From IMG/VR virus record IMGVR_UViG_3300020599_000094, positions 1-54,797 of that record: DNA of 54,797 bases, one strand, 5' to 3'. Below the pieces are notes generated by a model. It did not search any database and was not told the DNA's origin. It saw nothing but the letters and a program-made list of their open reading frames with translations. Both the position numbers and the translations under genes were made by a program. Below, piece by piece: positions 9,449 through 19,362 of this stretch. The first letter of the stretch is position 1. Each line of letters begins with the position of its first letter. The DNA is from a virus. Taxonomy: Duplodnaviria > Caudoviricetes.

Positions 9449-9791
9449 TGCGCTCTCCTGCCATGGCGTTTATCTGGTTGGTCAACGCCTCAATCTTGGC
9501 GTTGGCTACCTCCAACTGGTAGGCCATGACCGTCAGCTGCGCCTTTACGTCGGCCAGCTCCTTAAACAGTGCATCGGCCCGGTCTTCGGCGTCGTCGGCC
9601 CTCTTCAAGGCCCGGTCACGCTCGACCATTACCTGTGCCAGCAAGCCAGATTCGGTCCGCCCTTGGACCACCTGTGTGTCCACCGACTGTTTCATCAGTG
9701 GCCACAGCAGTCGAATGGCGAAGAAGCCCACAGGCACGCCAATGACGTACATCCATGTTGGTATTCCTTCCAGTGCTTCCGGCATCTTCAC
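9441..9791 (-). CDS. Putative holin with Met-Lys-Met dual start
   Basis: Begins MKMPE, one TM segment, coupled to the endolysin stop. Confidence 0.5.
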   Translation of the reverse strand: MKMPEALEGIPTWMYVIGVPVGFFAIRLLWPLMKQSVDTQVVQGRTESGLLAQVMVERDRALKRADDAEDRADALFKELADVKAQLTVMAYQLEVANAKIEALTNQINAMAGERNA

Positions 9792-10315
9792 CCCAGTTCC
9801 TTGATTGCTAGTTCGTATCGACGCTGGCGGTCTGCCATGCCGTTGTATCCACCGTTCACGCGTCGCGTGACCGCTCGAAAGTCGCCTGTATCGGCCAGCT
9901 CATTCAATCCATTGTTCGCCCACCACCAGGCCGAAGCCCGCGCCGCATATTCCGGCTCTTCAAGCAACTGAGGATGGCTCACGAAATCCACCCCAAGCCC
10001 TTTGGAGACAGCTTCGTAGTTGGCTCGTCCCGTGATCTGTATCAACCCTCGCCCTCGATACCGGGATCCGTCGCCGGGCCGGGTATTGCCCAGATCGGCC
10101 CTGCCCTCGTAACGCTGCTGCGCTGGCGTCGGCCCCCAAATCTCCCGGGCGTGCACGAAATCGCCTGATTCGTGCCCGATGGTGGCCAGGAACATCGCCG
10201 ATCGGTACGGCGAGACGATGGCGAACTCGAACATGGCGCGCTCGACGGGGTCGTACCATCGGTCCGCCAAGGCCGTACTGAGCCCGGTGGCCGCTCTGAA
10301 TTGGTCTTTGGTCAT
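9788..10315 (-). CDS. Endolysin, glycoside hydrolase family 19
   Basis: FLATIGHESG, YRGRGLIQITGRANY and TRRVNGG motifs. Confidence 0.92.
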   Translation of the reverse strand: MTKDQFRAATGLSTALADRWYDPVERAMFEFAIVSPYRSAMFLATIGHESGDFVHAREIWGPTPAQQRYEGRADLGNTRPGDGSRYRGRGLIQITGRANYEAVSKGLGVDFVSHPQLLEEPEYAARASAWWWANNGLNELADTGDFRAVTRRVNGGYNGMADRQRRYELAIKELG

Positions 10316-10326
10316 GGGCTATACGT

Positions 10327-10348
10327 AAAAAAGCCCTCCGGAGAGGGC
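10327..10348 (-). terminator. Terminator immediately upstream of the endolysin
   Basis: Minus strand GCCCTC-TCCG-GAGGGC-TTTTTT. Confidence 0.65.
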
Positions 10349-10462
10349 GGCTTTCAGGATTAGCGCGGTGGTGTCAAGGCGGTGATGCGCAAAATCGATG
10401 TATCTCTTAAAATTCTGGACACAAAATAAAACAAGGGCGGCGCATCGCTGTGTCGACGAGAA

Positions 10463-11938
10463 GTGTTATTTAGCTCTTACGAATATATTTTTCTTTTTCT
10501 GCCGATCACTTTTTTCGCATACTTCGGGCTTAACCGCCTGGGGCTGGAAATTATCGGCAAGGTATGGCTCGTCGCTGCAAGCCTTTTTTTTTACGCGTGG
10601 TTCAACATTTACTATCTGCCAATTCTGTTGGGCACTGTAATAGTCAATTTTGGATTCGGAATAGCCTTATCGAAAGCTAATTGGAGGTCATCAACGCGCA
10701 AACTGGTCTTGATATTGGGCATCGTTTTTAATATTGCTTTGCTCGGGTACTTCAAGTACGCCGACTTTCTCATCAAGAACTACAACGCGCTGACGGGGAG
10801 TAGCGTACCTCTACTGCATATCCTCCTTCCGCTCGCCTTGAGTTTTGTAACTTTTCAGATGATCGCGTTCTTGGTCGACAGCTACAACCATAAAGTTAAG
10901 GAATACAGCCCTCTCACGTTTACCCTATTTGCGTCGTTCTTCCCCCAGCAAATCGCCGGGCCAATCGTTCACCACTCCGAGATGATGCCGCAGTTCGCGT
11001 CGCGGCAGAACCTTCGTCTGAATTACGACAATATCGCCTTGGGTCTGTTTATCTTCAGCCTCGGGCTTTTCAAGAAGGTGATGATCGCGGACACATTTGC
11101 GATCTGGGCCGATTCCGGGTTTGGCCACGCTGGAGAGTTTGGCTTCCACCAAGCATGGGTAACCAGCCTTTCGTACACTTTCCAACTTTACTTTGACTTC
11201 AGCGGTTATACGGACATGGCGATCGGTTCAGCCCTGCTCTTCAATATCCGATTGCCAATTAACTTCAACTCGCCTTATAAGGCCCTAGACATCCAAGATT
11301 TTTGGCGGCGGTGGCACATCACCCTGAGCCGCTTCCTGCGCGACTACATATACATCCCGTTCGGCGGAAACAGAAACGGGGAACTCCGGACCTATGCGAA
11401 TCTGTTCGCCACCTTCTTAATTGGCGGGCTGTGGCATGGGGCCAGCTGGATGTTCGTCATATGGGGCGCCCTTCATGGGACTGCGCTTATCATCCATCGC
11501 GTCTGGTCGAAAACTGGGTTCAGGCTACCCGGTCCGTTGGCGTGGTTGCTGACCTTCAACTTCGTCAACATTGCATGGGTGTTCTTCCGGGCGCCCGACC
11601 TAGATACAGCGGAGCGACTGCTGTACGGGATGGTTAAGTTCACAGGGGCGTTTTCATCCGACCTATCAATCCTCCCCACTGCGTCACTGGCAGCCTTAGG
11701 ATTCATGGCAGACTATTTTGCCGAGTACCTAGGCACCTCCGGCGTCATATATGCTGTTCAAATTACCGCAATACTTTGCAGCTTTGTCTTAATCAGCCTT
11801 AAAAACACATCGCAAATTTACCTGGAAGCCCGTCCCTTAAGTTGGTGCCGAGTGTTTTTAGGTGGGACGGCTGCGGGCACCGCCGCGATAGCTTCGTTGA
11901 CCTCCACGTCTGCCGTGTTTCTTTACTTCAATTTTTGA
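10463..11938 (+). CDS. MBOAT O-acyltransferase (AlgI/PatA/DltB-like)
   Basis: Multi-TM protein with LYFDFSGYTD, NFNSPY, FWRRWHITLSRFLRDY, GLWHGA (catalytic His) and C-terminal FLYFNF. Confidence 0.95.
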   Translation: MLFSSYEYIFLFLPITFFAYFGLNRLGLEIIGKVWLVAASLFFYAWFNIYYLPILLGTVIVNFGFGIALSKANWRSSTRKLVLILGIVFNIALLGYFKYADFLIKNYNALTGSSVPLLHILLPLALSFVTFQMIAFLVDSYNHKVKEYSPLTFTLFASFFPQQIAGPIVHHSEMMPQFASRQNLRLNYDNIALGLFIFSLGLFKKVMIADTFAIWADSGFGHAGEFGFHQAWVTSLSYTFQLYFDFSGYTDMAIGSALLFNIRLPINFNSPYKALDIQDFWRRWHITLSRFLRDYIYIPFGGNRNGELRTYANLFATFLIGGLWHGASWMFVIWGALHGTALIIHRVWSKTGFRLPGPLAWLLTFNFVNIAWVFFRAPDLDTAERLLYGMVKFTGAFSSDLSILPTASLAALGFMADYFAEYLGTSGVIYAVQITAILCSFVLISLKNTSQIYLEARPLSWCRVFLGGTAAGTAAIASLTSTSAVFLYFNF

Positions 11939-11946
11939 GCGGATGC

Positions 11947-13032
11947 ATGAAAACAAAATCGCTCGCCTTGATCGCTGTCGCCCTTGTGGTTGCCCTAACG
12001 CTGCCTATCATCAATCTCGTCAATGGGGATATAAAGCATTCGGACATACGGACATTTAGAGGCGCAGTGCAAGCCGCATACCGAGCCGACCACGTGTCTG
12101 GAGTGCCGAATTTCGCTCTTTCGCTAGTCGGCTATAGCTCAGCCCCTGACGACGTCGTAGTCGGAAAGGACGGGTGGCTTTTTCTGGGCGATCGCTATGC
12201 CAGCAGCGTAAGCGTAAAACGAGGCTTGATCTTTCCGTCTGAGCAGAGGTTCGAAAGGGCGCGGGGCTATAGAGCCAACATCCGAGACTATGCCCGCTCA
12301 GCCGGGGCACTAGACGCCTATTTCGTCATTGTCCCGAATAAGGCGGATGTTTATCCGGAATACCTTCCGGGCTGGATGAGCACGCACGACAAGCCAAACT
12401 TTACCGACCGACTGCTAAAAGAGCGCGATCACACGCTGATTAATCTCCTTCCCGCAATGCTCGAAAGCAAGGCGTCCGGGGAACTGTATTATCGTACAGA
12501 TAGCCATTGGAACACGCTGGGAGCGTGGCTCGCTTACAGGCACATCGCTGAGGTCATCGGCACAGATCACCCCAAGATCAAATTTCTAACAGGAAATGAT
12601 GTACGCGTTGATATGCATCGTCAAAAACGCGGAGGGGATCTCGCAGCTTTTCTGTTCATTAAGAATTTCAGGGACGATGCAGACCCTTCTGTCGAATTGG
12701 GCAATACCTTGGCCATAGAGACGAAGAATCTCAAGACGCGGGAAACCACATACTCGGGCGTCAACATGCGCTTGCACGCATTACGTGACCCCACTTTAGT
12801 GCGTAGTGATCAGGCGTTAAACAATATGCGCGTCATATGGCTTCGCGACTCGTTCGGGAACGCGCTTTCGCCTTTTATGGCGGCAACGTTCTCTGAGGTC
12901 TATCAGCAACACTGGCTGGAGGTGTTGTTAGATGGCGACAAGCTGAGAAAACTCATAGACGAATATCATCCGGATCTCCTACTTGTCACTATTGCGGGTC
13001 GCTCCTATGTAGACGTCGTCCGTCAATCGTAG
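11947..13032 (+). CDS. AlgJ/AlgX-like SGNH O-acetyltransferase
   Basis: N-terminal anchor, VVVGKDGWLFL, VPNK, YYRTDSHWN (DxH) and RDSFG (catalytic Ser). Confidence 0.88.
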   Translation: MKTKSLALIAVALVVALTLPIINLVNGDIKHSDIRTFRGAVQAAYRADHVSGVPNFALSLVGYSSAPDDVVVGKDGWLFLGDRYASSVSVKRGLIFPSEQRFERARGYRANIRDYARSAGALDAYFVIVPNKADVYPEYLPGWMSTHDKPNFTDRLLKERDHTLINLLPAMLESKASGELYYRTDSHWNTLGAWLAYRHIAEVIGTDHPKIKFLTGNDVRVDMHRQKRGGDLAAFLFIKNFRDDADPSVELGNTLAIETKNLKTRETTYSGVNMRLHALRDPTLVRSDQALNNMRVIWLRDSFGNALSPFMAATFSEVYQQHWLEVLLDGDKLRKLIDEYHPDLLLVTIAGRSYVDVVRQS

Positions 13033-13054
13033 CGACCTCGATCCAAGCGCAACA

Positions 13055-14860
13055 CTACCTGTGAAAAGCACGAACGGTCGCTGCCGAAACCCCGCCTGTC
13101 CAATTAACCCACACTGATTCGCCGGGCAGCAATATAACCGAAAGGACATCGGATCCGGTGCCGCCTCCATTCGGGTGCGCGACGCTGCCAAGTGTGTACT
13201 CCGCTCCCGAGGAATGCCGCGTCTTAATTTCGAAATAGGACGCAGCGGATGCCGTATTGTACGGAAGCTGAATATAAAGGATTACGTCCCTTTGCGTCTT
13301 GTTTTGATACCATGTGGCTGCGGCCATAGGGCTAGGAAACATGCCCGATGGTGTAGTGTACGGGGCACCGACACCTCGTTGATAAGGGGTTAATCCCCCC
13401 GTTCCATTCGTGTCGTTCTCGGACGTATTGTCGGCGAAGTAGCTCGTCGTATAAGAGCTTGCCACGTAGGGCCTATCGCATTCAGCAAAGAGACTGCTCA
13501 CAACGCTGACATTTCCCTCAATGGCACCACTAGCGTGTCCTCGAAGCATCATCCCTATCAGCTCGACCGGCACCGTTGACTTGATAAATTTCGCGGAGTT
13601 AGAGCCCGTTCCGATTGCCAACCCGGTGTCGGTGGATCCTCCAAGGATGCGCAACCCTCGGTTGGTCCCGCCGGTAACGTCAATAGCGAAGTCTTCTGTC
13701 AACGCCCAATCGCACCCTATAAAGTCGAGGCCGTGCGGTGCTGTTACGGTCATGGAGACCGATTCAAACTTGCAACCTATGAAGTGTGTGCTGCGCTGTC
13801 CTGTTACTGTTGAGGCGCCGCTATTCTCGAAGCGACACGCCACGAACTTAATAGCATTGGTCCTATTTATAACTCCGGTTCCATCGACTGATTTAGCGTT
13901 GATATCAAGGGGCTTTCCCACAAAGCGAATTTCCACGTCCTCAATGAGCATGTCTTGAGTATCGCCTGTCTTTAGCGCAGTCCCGCCGATGTTATAGATA
14001 TGCACCCGCTTCAGACCACATTGCTTCTCAAAGCCCTCAATATTCATCCCGCCCACATTTGGCTTAGACGAAGCCGGCACACTTACATTCCTGCTCGGAG
14101 AGATGGTAATTTCTGAAACATGAATTCCCTTCGGCCTATCCGTAGGGTTCTGCAAATCGAATATGAAGCCGGTTGTCCCTTCCGCCGGCACAAGGAAGAC
14201 GCTTTGGGCCGAGTAACCCGCGAGCGATACGTACCCGCGCCATATCAGATTGCCTACAAGATAGTCGCCCGGAGGGAAGAACACTGTCCCGCCATATCCA
14301 AGGGGGTTGTCGTAGCCTGTGCTGGAATCCAAGCGCTCGGCGAGGTAGTCCATTGCCGCCTGAATGGCGGCAGTATCGTTGGCCACTCCGTCGCCCACCG
14401 CGCCGAAGTCCGTGACGCTCACTATCTCTCTCAGCTTGTTTTCGGCAGTACGCGCCACAGCTGCAGCGCCATTTTGCTTGAAACCCACCATTGCCGCGCC
14501 TTGATCCGAGTCAGCTAACTGCTGGCGTAGCGCAGCATCGCCCACAGACACAAACGCACCACCCTCTGGAAGCCCCGCCCCAGTCGTCACATACGGCAGC
14601 GTCGTGCCCGCCGCAGCGCGCCAAAACTCACCATCCGGCCCGAGAATGATCTGATTGAACGACGTAACAGTGATGCCGGCCTCATAATCGCCGAGCAGGT
14701 CATACCCGGTGGAACCGGCCCAGGATCGCCGGGTTTTGCCAAGCCGGTCTACCCAGGTCGTCTCTGGGGTGTGCATGGCGATGTCCAGGTTTTCAGCGTT
14801 GTCGTATATATCCTGAACAGCCGTCGAGCCGATGGGGTTGCCAGTGTTGTAGGTCGTCAT
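13055..14860 (-). CDS. Tailspike / receptor-binding protein with pectin-lyase-like beta-helix
   Basis: Phage N-terminal anchor (MTTYNTGNPIGS...DNAENLD), SVTDFGAVGDGVANDTAAIQAA, FFPPGDY, then a beta-helix-like body. Confidence 0.88.
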   Translation of the reverse strand: MTTYNTGNPIGSTAVQDIYDNAENLDIAMHTPETTWVDRLGKTRRSWAGSTGYDLLGDYEAGITVTSFNQIILGPDGEFWRAAAGTTLPYVTTGAGLPEGGAFVSVGDAALRQQLADSDQGAAMVGFKQNGAAAVARTAENKLREIVSVTDFGAVGDGVANDTAAIQAAMDYLAERLDSSTGYDNPLGYGGTVFFPPGDYLVGNLIWRGYVSLAGYSAQSVFLVPAEGTTGFIFDLQNPTDRPKGIHVSEITISPSRNVSVPASSKPNVGGMNIEGFEKQCGLKRVHIYNIGGTALKTGDTQDMLIEDVEIRFVGKPLDINAKSVDGTGVINRTNAIKFVACRFENSGASTVTGQRSTHFIGCKFESVSMTVTAPHGLDFIGCDWALTEDFAIDVTGGTNRGLRILGGSTDTGLAIGTGSNSAKFIKSTVPVELIGMMLRGHASGAIEGNVSVVSSLFAECDRPYVASSYTTSYFADNTSENDTNGTGGLTPYQRGVGAPYTTPSGMFPSPMAAATWYQNKTQRDVILYIQLPYNTASAASYFEIKTRHSSGAEYTLGSVAHPNGGGTGSDVLSVILLPGESVWVNWTGGVSAATVRAFHR

Positions 14861-14871
14861 TGCGTTGCCTC

Positions 14872-14900
14872 AAAAGAAGAAGCCCGCGCTGTGGCGGGCT
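14872..14900 (-). terminator. Terminator between the tail tip gene and tailspike
   Basis: Minus strand AGCCCGC-CACAGC-GCGGGCT-TCTTCTTTT. Confidence 0.6.
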
Positions 14901-14922
14901 GTACGGTGTTGAATGGATTCGA

Positions 14923-17601
14923 TTATTCGGTTGGGGTGTTGTTATCGTCGGCGTACACTGCATCCGAGTAGTTGACCGCCGACACACTGGCCCGCTCTGT
15001 GCCTCGTGGGTTGATCTCGGTAATCAGTGCCGGGAAGCACCAGTTTTCGACTGTTCCCACGTAGACGTGGGGCGATTCAAGCTTGAGTGAGACGGTGGGC
15101 CGTTCGGCGGCAGGAATCGGCGCGATGATGCTGTATTCGTCCGGACCGGGCATAGCCGACCAGGGCCCAGCGAGTGTGCCGTCCGCTCTTCGATAGGCCA
15201 CAACGTGGCTTTGTCCTGCCTCCCAGCGCACCGGCTCGGTGATGCGCAGGATGGCGTTGCCGCCAGCCGGCGTTACATGCTCGAGCAGCGCAGACTGCCC
15301 GTACCCTGGAACGTCATCGAGCAACGGCACATAGGACAGGTACTCGCTGTTCAGCGCATCCATTTCGGTTTCGAAGCTGTAATCCCAATTTCGGTATCGC
15401 TGCTGCCTTGCTCGCCGCATGCCGATGCGCCAGGCCCGCGTGCGGTTCGTCACGCCTTGAAGCTTGACCTTTTCGAGCTTGAGGCGCTGGCTGCCGGGCA
15501 ATGAGCAAATGACCGTCTGTTTCGTCCACGTCTCGCCGTCTATGTACTCGACCTCGACTCCATCCGGGTCATCATGACGGCGGGCACGGAAGGTTCTGCG
15601 CAGCAGGCCGGTCATGTTCTGCGGGCTGTATCCTGACTCAAACTGCGTGCGAGGCTCGTCCCGTACTGGCTTGATCAGCCCGTGGGCGATGGTCAATTCG
15701 GCCATCCCGGCGCCCAGCGTCGTGTTCATCGCCTCTTTCACAGTCGTAAGGTCGAAAACATGGTCCATTGTCTCGCCACGGCCTGTCCAAATGGCATGCA
15801 GGCGCTGAAGCTCTTCCATGTCGAGATCGCCATCGGCGTAGCCGATCGACTGGGCGATGTATCGCAGGAAGGCGGATATGTCTCGGGTAGGCTGCGCAGC
15901 GCCCCAAGACCCGTTCGGTTGCAGGGTCGGCAAGATGCGCGTAGCCACGACATTAATCTGGTTTTCCGATTGTGCCGCCAGCCTTCCCCCGCTTCGCAGC
16001 TTGACCGACATCGTGGTCCAATTCGGATAGCTCGTGCGCGTTTTCAGGCGGGATTTCAGGCCGTACCAATGTATGGTGTCGCGCACATTGGTTTCGGTGC
16101 CCTCGGCACTGACGCGGCGCACCCGGAATGCCGCTCGCATCGTTGGCGTCGTGAGTCGTTCGGTCACGCCGATCTGGTCGAGCGTGTTGTCTGAGTACGA
16201 TTTGAAGATCGTGGTCGACGCGCCCCCGGAGACGTCCCGGTACTGAATCTCGACCTCTACGGTTCTGCCGGACAGCGAGCCATCATCGTTGATGTAGGCC
16301 AGCCCGCCAGGGAAGAACACGTCGATTTCGTAGGTGTTTGCTGTTTCATTGCCAGGGCATGCCACGAATTCGCTCGTCCACTCCCCATAGACACGTCCAC
16401 CCGCATACGCCACAGTGGCGCCGCTCACCGTAGCCACTTCAAAGCCCAGGCCGGCCAGCGTCAGCGACGTTTCGGTCATCGACGCTATCGAGCGGGCCAC
16501 GCTCGAGCCGAACATCAGAATTTCGCTCGGAGACGCCGGGACCACCACCGGAGCCAGAGCGGGCGGGCTTCCCGTCATTTGCATGAAACGGACCTTGTAT
16601 ATGCCACCGCCCACAGCCGTAGACGCATGCACGACGTATTCGGTTTCGCTGCCACGAGGCCCGACCATGACCGAAGCGTTGGGCGTCACATCCACATGCC
16701 CGAAATATCCCTCGAATTCGGATATGCTGGCAGGAAACCCGCCAATCGTTTCGGTTTGGGTCGTGATTGCGTATGGCCTAGGGTACTCAACCGACACGGT
16801 AGTCAGCGCGCCCCAGGCAGGCGGAAACTGACCGCTTGAGCGGGCTATGGTCAGGCCGTCAAAGTCGTAAGAGGCTGGGTCCGAGTTCACCCGGTTGCCG
16901 ATCTCGGTGCTGAGCTCAAGGCCCGCCGTGCCGGAGGACGTGCCGCCCACCTCGTCGACCGTATGCCAGTGCTCATGCGTGGAGACGGTCGATAGATTCG
17001 CGCCGGGCCCGAACAACTGATAGGAGCCGTCCGCGCCCAGCGACGAAAACGGCGTATCGCCCACCTTCACGTCGGCGGCATCGATCTGGTAGCTGCCGGG
17101 CCCGATACACGCATGGAACTCCAGCCATTGCTCCCGTCGATTGATGAAATGGCGGCGCGGCGGAGTTAGGTAATCTGGGTACCGGATGAATCTGCCTGCC
17201 AGCTCGGGCACTACATCACCCAACTTGGCGCGGTTGGCCTTTCCCTCGGAGGCCTCCAGTTGCCTACCTTGCGCTGGGCTTTGGTAATCATCACCACCAT
17301 TCCGGGGGAACAGCCAGCCAAAGACGGCATTAAAAAGCTTGCCGATGATATTGGCAATGCCCTTGAAGACTCCGCCGTGGGGCAGCGGGCGGATCTCGAC
17401 GTTATCGGAATCGGCTAGGCCAAATTCTGCCCACAGATCCACCTCCAGGGCCACACCATTCACCGTCACACTGATGGGCTGGTGCTCGTGCGCTTGGTAG
17501 TCGATGCCCTTGGATTCGAGCCAGCCGGCAAACGTACCAGCCCAGTCGTGCGTTTCCATGGGCTCCCCGGGCATCAGGCTCGGATAGACCTTAATTGTCA
17601 T
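14923..17601 (-). CDS. Tail tip / host-specificity protein (TipJ-like, with N-terminal ubiquitin-like I domain)
   Basis: 892 aa; position after NlpC/P60; C-terminal VEYIDGETW...AWRIGMRRAR pattern. Confidence 0.8.
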   Translation of the reverse strand: MTIKVYPSLMPGEPMETHDWAGTFAGWLESKGIDYQAHEHQPISVTVNGVALEVDLWAEFGLADSDNVEIRPLPHGGVFKGIANIIGKLFNAVFGWLFPRNGGDDYQSPAQGRQLEASEGKANRAKLGDVVPELAGRFIRYPDYLTPPRRHFINRREQWLEFHACIGPGSYQIDAADVKVGDTPFSSLGADGSYQLFGPGANLSTVSTHEHWHTVDEVGGTSSGTAGLELSTEIGNRVNSDPASYDFDGLTIARSSGQFPPAWGALTTVSVEYPRPYAITTQTETIGGFPASISEFEGYFGHVDVTPNASVMVGPRGSETEYVVHASTAVGGGIYKVRFMQMTGSPPALAPVVVPASPSEILMFGSSVARSIASMTETSLTLAGLGFEVATVSGATVAYAGGRVYGEWTSEFVACPGNETANTYEIDVFFPGGLAYINDDGSLSGRTVEVEIQYRDVSGGASTTIFKSYSDNTLDQIGVTERLTTPTMRAAFRVRRVSAEGTETNVRDTIHWYGLKSRLKTRTSYPNWTTMSVKLRSGGRLAAQSENQINVVATRILPTLQPNGSWGAAQPTRDISAFLRYIAQSIGYADGDLDMEELQRLHAIWTGRGETMDHVFDLTTVKEAMNTTLGAGMAELTIAHGLIKPVRDEPRTQFESGYSPQNMTGLLRRTFRARRHDDPDGVEVEYIDGETWTKQTVICSLPGSQRLKLEKVKLQGVTNRTRAWRIGMRRARQQRYRNWDYSFETEMDALNSEYLSYVPLLDDVPGYGQSALLEHVTPAGGNAILRITEPVRWEAGQSHVVAYRRADGTLAGPWSAMPGPDEYSIIAPIPAAERPTVSLKLESPHVYVGTVENWCFPALITEINPRGTERASVSAVNYSDAVYADDNNTPTE

Positions 17602-17983
17602 AGTAGATAACCTTCGAGTACCTACGCTCGAAATTGGCCGGGCGAATCAGCCCTGGGCCTGTGCCCTCGTCCGTCTCCAACACCCATAACCTACCGTCGG
17701 CCTCAACCACGATGCCCACATGGACGCACAGGCGCGCGCGCCAGGCCGTTGCAATCGCACCTGGCCGAATGCCGACCTCCACAAACCTGCCCTGCTCCCG
17801 AGCTTCAAATGCAGCATTGGTCAGTCCTGCTTTGTCCTGCGGGTCAATCTGCACGAAGCTGGGCAGCCAGTCGAGCCCGAATAGATCGGCGCGCGCCACC
17901 CTGACCAACCCCCAACAGTCGAACTCGTCCGGCCCGCGCCCGTATTTCACGTAGCGGGTTTTCAATAGATCGTCTAGGGTCAT
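17591..17983 (-). CDS. NlpC/P60 tail tip assembly protein (K-like)
   Basis: GRGPDEFDCWGLV and HVGIV motifs. Confidence 0.85.
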   Translation of the reverse strand: MTLDDLLKTRYVKYGRGPDEFDCWGLVRVARADLFGLDWLPSFVQIDPQDKAGLTNAAFEAREQGRFVEVGIRPGAIATAWRARLCVHVGIVVEADGRLWVLETDEGTGPGLIRPANFERRYSKVIYYDN

Positions 17984-18462
17984 AGATACTGGATACCTGG
18001 GGCCGTCTCGATCGTGTAGCGTTCACGGGGCCAGGCGCTGTTCAGAAGATCGTAGTAACTGCCCTCGAACGTTGCGTCTCCGCCCTCAAAAGCCCCGCCA
18101 ACTACTGTCAAGACACGCGGCCTTTCCGCTGGCGCTGTCTTGTCACTGATTAAGTACATGCGATAGATCATCGTGACGACTTCGCCGGAGGCCAGAGCGT
18201 CATCAACATAGCGCTGCGCAACACCATTCACGCCAGAAATCCCGAAGCGCAGCGTTTGCTGGCCGGTCGTGTTCTTAGCGGGCAGCGCAACAGAAAGCGG
18301 CCCGGCCTCGAAGAAACGCATCACGCCATCCACACCCAGCCAGTGATCTTCAAAGTCGCTGCAGACGCGAATCGGCTCTCTCCCGGGCACTTGAATTTCT
18401 ATGGTTGCGATGGCGACCTCATCAGTGGGTCGGCTCGCATACCAAACAGCTACTTGTGTCAT
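17980..18462 (-). CDS. Minor tail protein (DUF1833-like)
   Basis: 160 aa ending WPRERYT..APGI; synteny. Confidence 0.75.
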   Translation of the reverse strand: MTQVAVWYASRPTDEVAIATIEIQVPGREPIRVCSDFEDHWLGVDGVMRFFEAGPLSVALPAKNTTGQQTLRFGISGVNGVAQRYVDDALASGEVVTMIYRMYLISDKTAPAERPRVLTVVGGAFEGGDATFEGSYYDLLNSAWPRERYTIETAPGIQYL

Positions 18463-18653
18463 GATTCAGGCCACGCTCTATTCAGGGCAAAGTCAAGGAT
18501 TGCGTCATCGTCATAGGCCTGGATGTGGAAAACCTTCCAAGCGCCGCCGACATTGATGTGACCGGAAAAAACGCGGTGCCATTCGCCTTCATCGCGGACG
18601 TAAATTTCCTGGGTCTGTTTCCATGACCCGCCATCGTTGACGCTCTGAGGCAT
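18459..18653 (-). CDS. Small fibre-associated protein
   Basis: MPQSVNDGGSWK...GEW...GGAWK repeats; ATGA coupling to the next gene. Confidence 0.55.
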   Translation of the reverse strand: MPQSVNDGGSWKQTQEIYVRDEGEWHRVFSGHINVGGAWKVFHIQAYDDDAILDFALNRAWPES

Positions 18654-18657
18654 ATCA

Positions 18658-18879
18658 TCATTCCACCCGGTAATGGATATCGCCGTCCTGTCCACCAGAA
18701 GGTGGTGCGGTGCTTACGGTTCGATTGCCCAGGGCATTGGTAGGCACATCGGAGAGATCGACGAAACTTCCCGACTTCGACACGGCGGCCAAGTCCGCAT
18801 CGTTTGCCTTGCCGGCTGTCAGCGCCTTAATGTCTGCGCCTATGGCGGACACCAAGGCAGATATCTTTGCAACGAGCAT
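18658..18879 (-). CDS. Short fibre-like virion protein
   Basis: AIGADIKAL N-terminus, LAAVSKSGSFVDLSDVP fibre repeat, STAPPSGGQDGDI end. Confidence 0.6.
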   Translation of the reverse strand: MLVAKISALVSAIGADIKALTAGKANDADLAAVSKSGSFVDLSDVPTNALGNRTVSTAPPSGGQDGDIHYRVE

Positions 18880-18881
18880 GG

Positions 18882-19361
18882 CTAAGCCTTCGCCGCAACA
18901 TACTCGGCCTCAAAATCAGTCGTCGGGTCGCCAATACCGATGTTCTCGCACGCCTGTATCTGCTGCTGCTCGGTCAGGGTCTGGGGTTCGTTGAACTTCA
19001 CCCGGTAGCTAAGCGCAGTCGTGATCGTGCCCATAGCGGTCTGATCGCTGGCGATGTAGTCGGCGATTTCCTTGAGCGTATCGAACGTGGCGGGCGCGCC
19101 GTCCACCAGAGCGGCAATCGCAGCCGTAATAGCGGCATTGATCTTCGTCGACGAGTAAGTAGTCGAGGACGAAGCATTGTCGTCGTCTATGGCCGCCCCA
19201 GCCGAGCCGATCAATGTCTTGACCTCGTTCAGAGCAGCAACGAGGTTGCCCTTCTGTGTGGTCGTGAGCGAGGCCAGATTGCCCTGGTTCGCTAACAGTG
19301 CCTTCACATCCAGGCCGATTGCCTGGAACACCGCGATCAGATTTGCCTCTTGAGTTGCCAT
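18882..19361 (-). CDS. Fibre-like virion protein
   Basis: TTTQKGNLVAALNEV, TYSSTKI, LVDGAPATFDTLKEIA and QTLTEQQQIQACENIG fibre motifs. Confidence 0.7.
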   Translation of the reverse strand: MATQEANLIAVFQAIGLDVKALLANQGNLASLTTTQKGNLVAALNEVKTLIGSAGAAIDDDNASSSTTYSSTKINAAITAAIAALVDGAPATFDTLKEIADYIASDQTAMGTITTALSYRVKFNEPQTLTEQQQIQACENIGIGDPTTDFEAEYVAAKA

Positions 19362-19362
19362 G

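Noticed and set aside
13055-14860. Diversity-generating retroelement acting on the tail protein (as in BPP-1)
   Set aside because: No reverse transcriptase, and no TR/VR repeat seen
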